From: an uncultured Actinomycetota bacterium
GTDB taxonomy: Bacteria; Actinomycetota; Acidimicrobiia; Acidimicrobiales; Bog-793
Assembly (NCBI GenBank): GCA_963754255.1
Contig: CAVWEW010000010.1
Coordinates: 63,064-127,063 of the forward strand
Direction: 5' to 3'
DNA: 64,000 bases
The notes under the pieces were generated by a model, which was not told the origin of the DNA, searched no databases, and saw nothing but the letters and a program-made list of their open reading frames with translations. Each line of letters opens with the position of its first letter. The first letter of the stretch is position 1. Positions 50,437 to 60,366 of this stretch are shown here, piece by piece. The translations under genes and the position numbers were made by a program.

Positions 50437-51834
50437 TCAAGTGTGGTTAGACAATAGGACAAGCGCGTATCTGCCGGACGGTTGCCTTTGTGATGCGACG
50501 CCGTAGCAGGTATTCGCATTGGGACAAGAGATGTCGATTATCGAGTCGATGCCCCGGGGGAGTTCGGCGAAGTGCCAGCTCTGTGCCTGATCTGAAGTCT
50601 CGGCAAGGAAGCCGTCCGACACTTCGCTCGTGGCTCGGTTCTCGTGGTCGCCTGCCACCCAGCACTCCCCGCTCGTCGGACAGGAGATCCAGTTGAGAGA
50701 CTGCGTGTTCGCCGGCCCACGCGGCGAACTTTCCTTCGTCCAGACGCGACCCCCGTCGGTGGAGACACTTACGGCATCGGCAGACAGCGGCGCCGCCCAC
50801 GGCCCCCCAAGTGCCATGCAGTGAGCGGCGTCACCGCACGACAGACCTTGAGGGACGAAACCGGAGGGAAGCCTTCCGGAGTTCCAGATCGAGCCGCCGT
50901 CTGTGCTGTAGAGGGCACTGCTGTGCTGGTGGGAAGTTCCTCCCGTTGGTGTCGGATCTCTGACGCCGACTGCGGTACATGAGCCGCCGGAAAAGCATTG
51001 CAGCCCGTTCACTTCGAGCTCCGTGAACCGATGTACGGCCGGTGGCTCTAGCCGTGGCGGCAACTCGGACTGAGACCATGTGTGGCCACCATCTTTGGTT
51101 ACTACCGCAGCGGAGAGTCCGCTGTTGCTGGTGCCGACGGCCACGCAAAAAGTGGCTGTCGCGCAGGAGAGAATGTCATAACCGTATCCATCTGATAAAG
51201 GCAGGCTGGACCAGGTACGGCCGCCGTCGATTGTCTCCAAGAAGGCCTCGTGGCCAGCCCTAGTAGGGCCGGCCACGCCTCCCAAGGCGGCACAGATGCT
51301 GGCGGTTATGCACGTGAGCGTGCCCTCTGTTGCAGGAAAGGCGAGGCTCTTCCATTTCGTCCCACCGTCGTGGGTTACCTCTATGGCCGTCCGTGTCCCG
51401 ACCAGGTGCTCTTGGTAGCACGTGTTCGCCGATGGGCACGAGAGGTCAATCGCCAGGGTGTAGGTCAGGGAACTCGTGTGCCACAACGCAGTGAGGTCGG
51501 ATACGAGGTTCCACCTCAGCGACGGCAGCGTACCGGATGCTGCAAGGTGGCTTCGGGGCGTACGGTCTGGCCCCTGCTGGAGGGCGAAGACCGATGTCCC
51601 TATCAGGATGAGCACCAATACCGTCAGTCCAGCGAGCACAACCGGACTCCTGCCTCGGGTAATCTGGCCCCAGCGTGACTGCCGCCGGCCCGATCTGGAA
51701 GACAAGAGGTCGCTCGAGCGCAACTCCAAAAGCCGCGCCCTCAGCTTCACCATCGCTTCTGCATCGACCTCGGCTTCCTCGGCGAAGAGCTGCCGAACAG
51801 CCTCGAACTCGTCAACCGGCATGTGAACCTCCAT
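50437..51834 (-). CDS. Single-pass membrane protein with an extracytoplasmic BNR/Asp-box beta-propeller; anti-sigma-factor candidate
   Basis: One TM helix (VVLAGLTVLVLILIGTSVFAL), then 5-6 Asp-box repeats (HDGGTKW, IDGGRTW, KDGGHTW, TDGGSIW, TDGGRVW). It overlaps the 3' end of the ECF sigma gene. The start may be ATG 51822. Confidence 0.7.
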   Translation of the reverse strand: MEVHMPVDEFEAVRQLFAEEAEVDAEAMVKLRARLLELRSSDLLSSRSGRRQSRWGQITRGRSPVVLAGLTVLVLILIGTSVFALQQGPDRTPRSHLAASGTLPSLRWNLVSDLTALWHTSSLTYTLAIDLSCPSANTCYQEHLVGTRTAIEVTHDGGTKWKSLAFPATEGTLTCITASICAALGGVAGPTRAGHEAFLETIDGGRTWSSLPLSDGYGYDILSCATATFCVAVGTSNSGLSAAVVTKDGGHTWSQSELPPRLEPPAVHRFTELEVNGLQCFSGGSCTAVGVRDPTPTGGTSHQHSSALYSTDGGSIWNSGRLPSGFVPQGLSCGDAAHCMALGGPWAAPLSADAVSVSTDGGRVWTKESSPRGPANTQSLNWISCPTSGECWVAGDHENRATSEVSDGFLAETSDQAQSWHFAELPRGIDSIIDISCPNANTCYGVASQRQPSGRYALVLLSNHT

Positions 51835-52366
51835 CGGTTTTGTCTGGGTCGGAGGTGCTTCTCACGAGCCGGAGCTCGGCTTGGAGGCGAGTCCGGGCGC
51901 GCGAAACGCGCGACCGCACCGTCCCTACTGGAACGGATAGAGCGGCGGCGGCGTCGTCGTAGTCGAGTCCGGCGACAGCTACGAGGTAAAGGGCGTCACG
52001 CTGGCGAGCCGGAATCCGGAGAAGTGCCCGCGCCGTCGCGACGAGCGCCTCCGATGCGTAGACACGTTCGACGGCTAATGTGGCTGTGACGTCATCATCC
52101 CCGCTGGGCAGCTCCATTCTGGCAAGGGCCGCCAACATGCGTCGCTCTGTACGCCGATGGTGGGCGAGAAGCCCAGTGGCGATTGAAAACAGCCAGGCGA
52201 CTGCACTGCCGCGGGCCGGGTCGTATCGGTTTCGGTCCCGGTAGCCAATGGCGAAGGTATCAGCAGCAAGGTCTTCGGCGAGATCTCGGCCGATCCGGCG
52301 AGCAAGATAACCGATGAGGCTCGGATAGTGAGCGTCGATGAGCGCGTCGAAGCATTCAGCCCGCAT
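51812..52366 (-). CDS. ECF-type RNA polymerase sigma-70 family factor
   Basis: 184 aa with region 2 (DLAEDLAADTFAIGYRDRNRYDP) and the region 4 HTH (LPARQRDALYLVAVAGLDYDDAAAALSVPVGTVRSRVSRAR). Confidence 0.85.
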   Translation of the reverse strand: MRAECFDALIDAHYPSLIGYLARRIGRDLAEDLAADTFAIGYRDRNRYDPARGSAVAWLFSIATGLLAHHRRTERRMLAALARMELPSGDDDVTATLAVERVYASEALVATARALLRIPARQRDALYLVAVAGLDYDDAAAALSVPVGTVRSRVSRARTRLQAELRLVRSTSDPDKTDGGSHAG

Positions 52367-52931
52367 CCCGATGGCCGCGGTCGGCGCGGAGCCGTCGAGT
52401 CGTCCGTGCTCGTCTCGCGAGGAGCCTCCATTACCCTCTTCTATCCCGCTGAGACGGGCGAGTTCCCGATTTGTTTCCCACCGGCGCCGTCAACTTTGTG
52501 GCGGCTTTATGCATCAGCGGCTCAGGCTGTATGGCAATGCGAGACGTGACACCGAAACCGCGACGCCCGCGGGTATCGATGTCAACGCCGCCCGAACTCG
52601 TCAGTCGGGGCGAGGCACTCTCTATGCACGATCCTATTCCGATGCGGTGGCGGTCTAGCGCAGCTTTTGCCCGACGTGTTCGGCGTGATGTTCCAGCCCG
52701 TCGCCGAGGAGGCGGCGGTCGATCACTGGTCAGCCGACGTCGCAGATCTCGGAGGTCTTCCTCCGACAGGGACTTTACGACGCGCGAGATCTGCGCTGGC
52801 GTCGGCAGTTTGGTGGGCGAGTCGTGTCTCAGGCTGACATCGATCCTGGGCGCAATCCAGCCGCGCCGCTCCTGGGTCATTGGATCGGTTCGCGCGGGAA
52901 GCGATGTCGAGCTGAGAGTGTTGAGACGGGT

Positions 52932-53639
52932 ATGAGCATGAAGGTCGAGATCTGGTCTGACGTCGTCTGCCCATGGTGCTACATCGGCAAGCGTCGTTTC
53001 GAGGCCGCCTTGGCCCGCTTCGCTTACCGTGACCGGGTCGAGGTCATCTGGCGCAGCTTCGAGCTTGACGTCGCTGCACCCCCAAGCCCGGGCGAGCAGG
53101 GGAGCTACTCTGAGCGGCTCGCGGCGAAGTACCGCTGCAGTGTCACCGAGGCACAGGCCATGATCGACGACGTGACGAGGACAGCGGCCCAAGAGGGTCT
53201 GGACTTCCGATTCGACCTTGCCCGGCCTGGCAACTCCTTCGACGCCCACCGGCTGTTGCATCTCGCGCTCGAGCACGACCTACAGGACCCGCTGAAGGAA
53301 CGCCTCGATCATGCGACCTTCAGCGAGGGCTCGCCTGTCTCAGACCGTGGCGCGCTGCGGGCCCTTGCTGTCGAGGTGGGGCTGCCCAGCGCGGAGATCG
53401 ACGCTGTGCTGGGCTCGGAGCGCTACTCCGACTCGGTGCGCGCTGACGAGACGCAGGCTCGGGCCTACGGTATCAATGGCGTGCCCTTCTTCGTGATTGA
53501 CGGAAAGTACGGCATCTCCGGAGCCCAGCCGGCCGATTTCGTCCTGCAGACGCTCGAACAGGCTTGGTCCCAGCGCTCGCCGTTGCTCGTGGCTGGGCCG
53601 GAGGACCATGCGCCCGAAGGCGACTCCTGCGTATTGTGA
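52932..53639 (+). CDS. DsbA-family (FrnE-like) thiol-disulfide oxidoreductase
   Basis: ATG 52932. CPWC active site (VEIWSDVVCPWCYIGKRR) and a C-terminal GINGVPFFVIDG motif. Confidence 0.85.
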   Translation: MSMKVEIWSDVVCPWCYIGKRRFEAALARFAYRDRVEVIWRSFELDVAAPPSPGEQGSYSERLAAKYRCSVTEAQAMIDDVTRTAAQEGLDFRFDLARPGNSFDAHRLLHLALEHDLQDPLKERLDHATFSEGSPVSDRGALRALAVEVGLPSAEIDAVLGSERYSDSVRADETQARAYGINGVPFFVIDGKYGISGAQPADFVLQTLEQAWSQRSPLLVAGPEDHAPEGDSCVL

Positions 53640-53965
53640 CGACGGCGCGTGCGGGCGTGCGTGTCATTGCGAGCTGGCCTCGGAATCAGAGCTCGAGCAC
53701 CAACCGGCCAGGCGTGCCGCCCAATCAATTCGACAGGTGCTCATCGATCTGATCGAGCACACCGGCGGCCTCCCATGCCCGGCACGTACGCCGGCGGGAT
53801 ACCCTTCAGCAGCTCTGCTCGGGAGACGTTGCGCAGGCCGGTGCAGGGCGGATTGACCGTCGCGCCGTGGACATGGATGCGCACTTCCGTGGCCCAGCCT
53901 GAGGCTCCGGCGACTCCAGCAGGTGCAGCGCTTCCGGCCCACCCAACTGTGTCACCCAACAGCTC

Positions 53966-54436
53966 TCATGAGTCGCCGTCCGGGTCGACGAGCGGCCGGC
54001 GCCCGGTTGTAGCCAGGACGCCGTAGAGGTGATCGACCCGGAGCCGGACCACGAGGCGGCGGGCGGCGATCATCTCGGCGGCGAAGTGCTCCTCGTCAAG
54101 CTCGCCGTAGAACGCCGTGTGCACCTCGGCCAGCTCCAATAGGGCTGCATCGTTGGGCTCGCTCGCCACCCCCGAGAGCGTGGCTGTGCCGTCGGCCACG
54201 GCAAAGTGCCAAAAGTCCTCGCCTGAGACGTGGAGCGACGCTCTCGGGTCACGGGCGAGGTTCTTGGCCTTGACGCGATCGGCCGTGGTAGAGATCCGCA
54301 CCAGCCGTGTGGGCCGGTCTACGAGGTACAAGACGTTGGACAGCTGCGGGCGCCCACTCGGCCCGATCGTCGCCAGGATGCCCTCCCGATGGCTCGCGAC
54401 CAGTTCCCACAGGTCGTTGCGGTCAACCACGGGCAC
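53966..54436 (-). CDS. PPOX-class (pyridoxamine-5'-phosphate-oxidase-fold) probable F420-dependent enzyme
   Basis: 156 aa, GTG start after AAGGAGG. Pattern ...HREGILATIGPSGRPQLSNVLY...TTADRVKAKNLARDPRASL is typical of the split-barrel family. Confidence 0.7.
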   Translation of the reverse strand: MPVVDRNDLWELVASHREGILATIGPSGRPQLSNVLYLVDRPTRLVRISTTADRVKAKNLARDPRASLHVSGEDFWHFAVADGTATLSGVASEPNDAALLELAEVHTAFYGELDEEHFAAEMIAARRLVVRLRVDHLYGVLATTGRRPLVDPDGDS

Positions 54437-54852
54437 TGGCCTCCTTGTTCGAGCCGACGGTTAGCCGACAGCGTTGCGGTGACCGCCGGCAGCCGCCGCC
54501 ACCAAGCGTAGCGAGCAGCCCGCGAGCGGCTCGGAGCTCCCCGCTGCCGCTCCACTCGGCCGAGCCTGCGACGGGGTGCGTGCCCTCGTCACAGAGGATG
54601 AGGACGGCCGGAGCATGGTAAGGCGCGTCTCATGCTCTCAGAGAATCCAACACGTTGGACAGGGTGCCGGTCACGATTGTCGCCCGCTCCACGAGGCCAC
54701 CATAACGAGTAGGTGTGCGCTCGGGAGTGGGACGAAACCGCAGTGGAAATGCGAGAATCCGCCTCTCGCTTTCCGTAATAGATGGATCGGTTGGAACCCG
54801 CCACCACTTGAGCCGCGGCGGACGCCACAGCAGGCACGCGGTTCTCGCGGCG

Positions 54853-54898
54853 GACGGGTCAGGCTCTGCCTCCGGTCAGAGGGAGCGCCTGCCCGTCC
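54853..54898 (-). terminator. Stem-loop immediately 3' of the secreted-protein gene
   Basis: Minus-strand GACGGGCAGGC...GCCTGACCCGTC (11-12 bp stem with one bulge) plus an inner CTCC/GGAG pairing. It starts 14 nt after stop 54912. There is no U-tract. Confidence 0.35.
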
Positions 54899-54911
54899 GT
54901 CAAGAAGGTGC

Positions 54912-55475
54912 CTATTTGAGGGTCAGCACCGTGCTGGCGAGGAACGAAGCCGTCGCGCCCTTGGCCAGGGGCTTGCCGTTGCCGTTGCACTGGCCTTTGT
55001 GTGGTCCGGACTTGTATCGAGTGGTAAAAGCGGTGAAGCGGACTTGTGCCGCGCCTGGGCCGGATGCGCCCGCGAAGGCTCCCGTGCTCATGCTCCCGAC
55101 GACCGTGACGGGGAGCTCTTCGGTGAATGTCAGGCGGCATGTCTTCATGTCGAAGCTCTGGTGCGACTGTGGCTTGCTCGAGATCCGGACCGTGAGAACT
55201 CCAGCTGGACTGGGCAACTTCTTGACGTTGCCGTTGTGGGTGCCACCACCGCCTAGGTGGATCATCGAATGGGTGTAGACCAGGCCCCGCCACTGCAGCG
55301 GGATGGTCGGGGCGTTCACCAGTGCTGCCTTCCCGTACACCGTTCCCGCGAGGACCTCCGGGCCGGTGATCGACTTGCCCGGGTGAGTACTTGCCAGGGC
55401 GGGTACTCCTGCCAGCAACAGCGAGGCGGCACCGCCCGCCAAGGCGAGCGCGCCGAGCTTCAATCGGAACTGCAT
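54912..55475 (-). CDS. Secreted hypothetical protein
   Basis: RBS GGGGAGG before ATG 55475. Sec signal peptide (MQFRLKLGALALAGGAASLLLAGVPALAS). The mature 160 aa show no family I recognise. Confidence 0.6.
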   Translation of the reverse strand: MQFRLKLGALALAGGAASLLLAGVPALASTHPGKSITGPEVLAGTVYGKAALVNAPTIPLQWRGLVYTHSMIHLGGGGTHNGNVKKLPSPAGVLTVRISSKPQSHQSFDMKTCRLTFTEELPVTVVGSMSTGAFAGASGPGAAQVRFTAFTTRYKSGPHKGQCNGNGKPLAKGATASFLASTVLTLK

Positions 55476-55840
55476 GTGTGTTACCTCCCCTTCAGGCCGG
55501 TTTGTGCCGGCTGCCGATAGTGAGTCGCAACCGGTGAGTCCCGGTGAACGGACACCTTGGCAGAAGGGCGTCACACCAACGTCACACGCCCGAGCGAGGT
55601 GCAACTAGTTCAGGCTCATCCGGCGGCGGGAGACGAGCCGAGCGGAAAGGCGACGGCAACGAGCACGACGAGAGCCACCCACGAGCGGGAGTGCCCTCGC
55701 CCTGTGCAGGGCGAGGACGCCACCGAGAAGGGCGCCGGCGAACATGGCCAGGATGCCCACCGTGCGCCGTCCGGCCTTCGAACCCGGGCGCCACCGAGAA
55801 GGCGGGAGTGGCGTGGCCGCGGCCTCCAGAAGATGCCGGC

Positions 55841-56848
55841 TCAGATGCCGGTGTCTTCGACCCGCACCGGATGGGGGTCCGGCGCATAAGGCATGAGAGC
55901 GTCCGGCGGGATGGTGCCGAGCTTGCCGGACTCGAAGTCGGTCAGGGCCTGCTCGATCTCGGCACGAGTGTTCATCACGAACGGCCCGTAGTGTGCCACC
56001 GGCTCACCGATGGGCTGGCCTCCGAGGACTAGGACCTCGAGAGAGCCGCCTGCCTCCTGGCTGTCGTCGGCTCGAAGACTGATCCAGTCACCGCCGGCGA
56101 ACACCGCCAGCTGTCCCTTGCGCACCGGCCGTCCTTCGGTGCTGGCGCGCCCAGACCCGGCCAGCACATAGACGAGGGCGTTGAAGCTACGGCTCCACGG
56201 TATTCGCAGCTGAGCCCCAGGCGCCACCGTGGCGTGAAGGAGGGCCATCGGTGTGTGCGTCGATCCGGGGCCGGCATGTCCAGCCACTTCGCCGGCGATC
56301 AGCCGCACCAGGGAACCGCCGTCCTCCGACGTGAGGAGGGTCACCTCGTCAGCCTCGAGGCCCTGGTAGGCGGGTGGGATCATCTTGTCCTTCGCCGGTA
56401 GGTTGACCCATAGCTGCATGCCATGGAAGAGGCCACCGGAGATGACGAGTTCCTCGGGGGGCGTCTCGATGTGCAGGATCCCGCCTCCTGCGGTCATCCA
56501 CTGCGTCGCCCCATCGGTGATGACGCCGCCGCCGCCGTGGGAGTCCTGGTGGGCGAAGGTCCCGTCGATCATGTAAGTCACGGTCTCGAAGCCACGGTGC
56601 GGGTGCCACGGTGTGCCCTTCGGCTCGCCGGGCGCGTAATCGACCTCGCCCATCTGGTCCATATGGACGAACGGATCGAGGTCAGCCAAGCTCACCCCGG
56701 CAAAAGCTCGCCGTACCGGGAACCCTTCGCCCTCGAGGCCGCTCGGTGCGGTGGTCACCGATGCCACTTGACGCTCGGTTGTCCCCGGCACATCGGGATC
56801 GGGGATGCGGGGCAAGGTCAAAGGGTTGTCCACGGTCACAGCAGGCAT
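55841..56848 (-). CDS. Pirin-family bicupin protein
   Basis: RBS GAGAGGAGA before ATG 56848. Pirin metal-site motif (TPWHPHRGFETVTYMIDG...HQDSHGG) and two cupin halves. Confidence 0.85.
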   Translation of the reverse strand: MPAVTVDNPLTLPRIPDPDVPGTTERQVASVTTAPSGLEGEGFPVRRAFAGVSLADLDPFVHMDQMGEVDYAPGEPKGTPWHPHRGFETVTYMIDGTFAHQDSHGGGGVITDGATQWMTAGGGILHIETPPEELVISGGLFHGMQLWVNLPAKDKMIPPAYQGLEADEVTLLTSEDGGSLVRLIAGEVAGHAGPGSTHTPMALLHATVAPGAQLRIPWSRSFNALVYVLAGSGRASTEGRPVRKGQLAVFAGGDWISLRADDSQEAGGSLEVLVLGGQPIGEPVAHYGPFVMNTRAEIEQALTDFESGKLGTIPPDALMPYAPDPHPVRVEDTGI

Positions 56849-57143
56849 TGGTCTCCTCTCGATCAGGAACTCGAAAAGCGCCGGGCGACTGCTCAGCCCT
56901 CCTCCAGAAGATCGCCGAAAGTTGGCGTCGGCATCCATCATGACGTCTTCGCGTGCCCGTCCGTGCGAGGCCGGCTACCGGGGCTGCAGAGTCGCGGCTC
57001 AGGCGTCGCATCCCGCCTCCCAAGCCCTCGGGCGTGACTCGGGTCTCGTCGGCCTCTCTTGCTCGAGCGTTCGGCCCGGGCGGCGGGATGAAGCGAGTTC
57101 CCGGTAGCGGTTCGTTGTTGCCCCGGGGGTGCCCGGGCCGTGA

Positions 57144-57416
57144 TCAATCGCCGGGAAGCTGCACGTGGTGGCACTGGGGGCAGTGGGCGCCCACCCGCGC
57201 CTTCCAGTCCGAGATCGGCGCGGTGGCCCAACCTGCTAGTGGCCGGTCACACATCGTCACGCCCGACTCGGCCAGAGCGAGGTGCAGCATCTCGAACTCC
57301 TCCGGCCGGGGGCGGAAGCGGGAGCCGGTGACAGTCTCGGTCTGCATGAGCATGACCTCGACGACGACGACGTACTGAGCATCGTGCGCACCCGCCCTGT
57401 CCATGCCGGCCGTCAT
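57144..57416 (-). CDS. Small hypothetical protein with a C-terminal Cys/His cluster
   Basis: 90-aa ORF ending ...GVTMCDRPL...GAHCPQCHHV (possible zinc ribbon). No family assigned. Confidence 0.35.
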   Translation of the reverse strand: MTAGMDRAGAHDAQYVVVVEVMLMQTETVTGSRFRPRPEEFEMLHLALAESGVTMCDRPLAGWATAPISDWKARVGAHCPQCHHVQLPGD

Positions 57417-57709
57417 CTCTATTCATTACCCAGCAGCCGTGCGCGATCTCACCGCTCGTCCTTCCGGGCCATCCCGGTGGCTCGACGCTCGGCCTGTATC
57501 TCCCAGGGCGGCTGCGGGAGGACATCTCCGATCTCAAGGAGTGGCTCGAGGTTTGGCCGGGACTTGTCAGAGCCGAACCTCCAGCCGAAGCCTGGAAAGG
57601 CGGCGTGACTTTCGGGCACAGCTGCGGAGAGCTATGACAGGGCACGAGTGGTCCGTCAAAGGTGGCCGCGGCCTGGCCACTCCGGCGCTCACAGGAGGAA
57701 GGCACGGTC

Positions 57710-58669
57710 ATGCAAGTCACCAGCAGCTACCTTGACTACTCGGCTCGAGACGACGTGATGGGTGGCGGCGTGCGGATGGTCCCGGTGAGAACGCCCGCAG
57801 GCAGCTACCGCGTATGGACGAAGCGGGTCGGCAACAATCCCGACCTCAAGCTGCTGCTGCTGCACGGTGGACCGGGCTCCACTCATGAGTACCTGGAGGC
57901 CTGCGACAGCTACCTACCGGCAGCGGGCATCGAGTACTACTACTACGACCAGCTCGGCTCGGCCTACAGCGACCAGCCCGATGTCCCATCGCTGTGGGAG
58001 CTCGAGCGCTTCGTCGACGAGGTGGAGCAGGTCCGCCAGGCGCTCGGTCTCGATCATGACAACTTCGTCCTCTACGGTCAGTCCTGGGGCGGAATCCTGG
58101 CGATGGAGTACGCCCTTCGCCACCAGCAGCACCTCCGAGGGCTGGTCATCTCGAACATGATGTCCAGCGTGCCGGCCTACAACGCCTACGCAGAACAGGT
58201 GTTGATGCCGGCGATGGACCAGGCAGCCCTCGTCGAGATTCAGTCAATGGAGGCAAGCGGGCAGATCGAGGAGCCGCGTTACATGGAGTTGCTGCACGAG
58301 CAGCACTACGTCCATCACGTCTTGCGCATGCCGGTCGAGGAGTGGCCCGATCCCGTGCAGCGTGGCTTCGCCCACATCAATCCGGCGATCTATGTCTCGA
58401 TGCAGGGTCCGAGCGAGCTCGGGATCAGCGCCGACGCCAAGTTGGCGAGCTGGGAGCGCACCGAGGAGCTCGCCTCGATCGAGGTTCCCACCCTCGTGAT
58501 CGGCGCCCGGTACGACACGATGGACCCGGCGCACATGGAGATGATGGCCCGACGGCTGCCGCACGGCAGCTACCTGTACTGTCCAGAAGGCAGCCACCTG
58601 GCCATGTACGACGACCAGCAGACGTACTTTGCCGGTCTCGTCCATTTCCTCCACGGCCTGGTCAACTGA
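57710..58669 (+). CDS. Proline iminopeptidase-family alpha/beta hydrolase (intact paralogue of 47935-48880)
   Basis: RBS AGGAAGG before ATG 57710. Motifs LLLLHGGPGSTHEY, GQSWGG and a C-terminal GSHLAMYDD. Confidence 0.85.
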   Translation: MQVTSSYLDYSARDDVMGGGVRMVPVRTPAGSYRVWTKRVGNNPDLKLLLLHGGPGSTHEYLEACDSYLPAAGIEYYYYDQLGSAYSDQPDVPSLWELERFVDEVEQVRQALGLDHDNFVLYGQSWGGILAMEYALRHQQHLRGLVISNMMSSVPAYNAYAEQVLMPAMDQAALVEIQSMEASGQIEEPRYMELLHEQHYVHHVLRMPVEEWPDPVQRGFAHINPAIYVSMQGPSELGISADAKLASWERTEELASIEVPTLVIGARYDTMDPAHMEMMARRLPHGSYLYCPEGSHLAMYDDQQTYFAGLVHFLHGLVN

Positions 58670-58757
58670 CTGGGTGCCCAGGGGCTCGTCGTCTCTCGAG
58701 AGCAGGTTCGAGGGGTCCCGGCTATCGGGTGGTCAACAGCGGGATCGTGGGGTCACG

Positions 58758-59207
58758 TCAACCGCGAGGACCTGTCCTTCCTAGGGCCGGAGCCCACGAG
58801 GCGATGAGAATCAGCGGCATGGCGATGAGGTCGCCGAAGATGAAGCCGATCACGCCACCGAAGCTGATCCCACCCCGCCACAGGGTTGCTGCCAACGGGA
58901 CATTTCCGAAAGAGCGAACCCAGCTGACAATGGCGATGAGAGGCCCGACGAGTGCGTTCTCGAGCGAGGTGGCCGCATAGCTGCAGCTGGAGGAGACCAT
59001 GCCGAGACCGGAGGCTCTGGCGAGGCTGCGGGGCGGTGACTGCCGAGTACCCGCTGCATGGACTCCTTCGGGACGAAGGCCTGGACCGCGCCGGAGAGCG
59101 CGAAGCCGAGGACAAGAGCCCAGAGGGGTCTCCCAGAACATGAAGAAGGCCTCGCGCAGGCTGCGCCCGATGGCGGCCAGCCAGGCCACCCCGAGCATGT
59201 GGTTCAT
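58758..59207 (-). pseudogene. Remnant of a UPF0718-type permease (internal deletion, frameshift, C-terminal truncation)
   Basis: The N-terminal block FMFWETLWALVLGFALSGAVQAFV is split over two frames. The SSSCSYAA motif is joined almost directly to the family's C-terminal block (GPLIAIVSWVRSFGNVPLAATLWRGGISFGGVIGFIFGDLI). About 150-170 aa of the usual middle are missing. Confidence 0.5.
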
Positions 59208-59354
59208 GGGCGAGCAGCGGCGGCTCTTCTCCGACCGGGCTCGCCTCTCACGACTTCAGCAGCCTGGCAAGGGCGGCACAGGCTTCCCTGATCTTTTCGG
59301 TGGCGCCTTCTCCACCGATGTTCATGGCGTCGGCACGCACGACAGGCTCAGGTC

Positions 59355-60308
59355 TCACAGGACTGGGGCGGTTCGGGTCCAGGGGGGTCCGAGGTCTGCG
59401 GCGCTGCCGTAGGAGGGCTGCGCCCCGCGACGGCCGACCGAGTAGGCGGCGGCGGCCGACGCCGCCGACAGGGCACGCATGACGGGTTCGACGAGATCGG
59501 GGGACCGACCGAGTGATTCCCTCGCGAGCCACGCACCGAGCGCGCCGGCGAAGGCGTCTCCGGCGCCGGTGGTGTCCACCACGTCGGCAGGCGCAGCAGC
59601 GCAGGCCAGGATCCGCCCGCCGACATAGGCGCGAGCGCCGGCGCCACCGAGGGTCACCACCGTCAGGCGAGGTCCGAGGTCGTCGAATGCGGCCGCCTCG
59701 TCGAGGTTGCCATCATCGCCCAGTAGCTGGCGAGCTTCGAGACCGTTTATCAACAACACGTCCACCCGCTCCATGACCGTGCGGCTCAACGCCCGGTAGG
59801 GGGACGCGTTGAGGACTACGAAGGTCTCCGGCGCCGCCAGGTGTACGGCCGCCTCGATCGCCTCGTCCGGCACCTCGAGTTGCAGGAGCAGGACGCCGGC
59901 GCTGGCCAACGTCGACTTGCCGGCCAGCAGGTCGCCAGAGCCGAGCAAGGCATTGGCCCCAGAGGCCACGATGATGGAGTTCTCCCCGTCCGGGGTGACA
60001 GTGATGAAGGCCGAGCCGGTCGGTTCCGACGGGCTCACGATGACATTCGCCGTCTCAACCCCGGCGTCTCGCAGAGAGGCGATGAGCGCGGCGCCGGCGT
60101 CATCGTCTCCCACCCGCCCGATCAGGTGCGCCGCGGCGCCCGTTCGTGCTGCCGCAGCCGCTTGATTTGCGCCCTTTCCGCCCGATTCGACCGTCACCTT
60201 CGCCCCGGTCACCGTCTCTCCCGGCAACGGTCGAGCCTGGACCTCGAGCAGGTAGTCGCGGTTGAGCGAGCCGACTACGACAACGTCACGGCGCTCCGCG
60301 TCGACCAT
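59355..60308 (-). CDS. rbsK: Ribokinase (PfkB family)
   Basis: Motifs VVVGSLNRDY, GGKGANQAAAAAR and the C-terminal DTTGAGDAFAGAL. Confidence 0.8.
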   Translation of the reverse strand: MVDAERRDVVVVGSLNRDYLLEVQARPLPGETVTGAKVTVESGGKGANQAAAAARTGAAAHLIGRVGDDDAGAALIASLRDAGVETANVIVSPSEPTGSAFITVTPDGENSIIVASGANALLGSGDLLAGKSTLASAGVLLLQLEVPDEAIEAAVHLAAPETFVVLNASPYRALSRTVMERVDVLLINGLEARQLLGDDGNLDEAAAFDDLGPRLTVVTLGGAGARAYVGGRILACAAAPADVVDTTGAGDAFAGALGAWLARESLGRSPDLVEPVMRALSAASAAAAYSVGRRGAQPSYGSAADLGPPWTRTAPVL

Positions 60309-60366
60309 GTCAAGAGCGTGGCAACCTCAGGCATCTCGCGCAAGACCCCTAGAGCGGAGCGGGCCG

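Noticed and set aside
52431-52880. Possible small gene between the ECF sigma and dsbA (MTQERRGWIAPRIDVSLRHDSPTKLPTPAQISRVVKSLSEEDLRDLRRRL..., with a better-looking tail VIDRRLLGDGLEHHAEHVGQKLR* in another frame)
   Set aside because: No family recognised. The long version is Arg-rich and low-complexity, and the short version needs yet another assumed frameshift. Left unannotated.
53741-53959. Short stretch (VRIHVHGATVNPPCTGLRNVSRAELLKGIPPAYV) faintly resembling the N-terminus of ArsC/Spx-family proteins
   Set aside because: Only about 35 residues with an insertion relative to the family motif, followed by stops or frame changes. The similarity is too weak without a profile search.
55620-55800. 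Hydrophobic C-terminal-like fragment (VGILAMFAGALLGGVLAL...VALVVLVAVAFPLGSSPAAG*) reminiscent of DUF1275/YoaK membrane proteins
   Set aside because: It needs a frameshift, lacks the rest of the protein, and the composition could arise by chance in GC-rich DNA.
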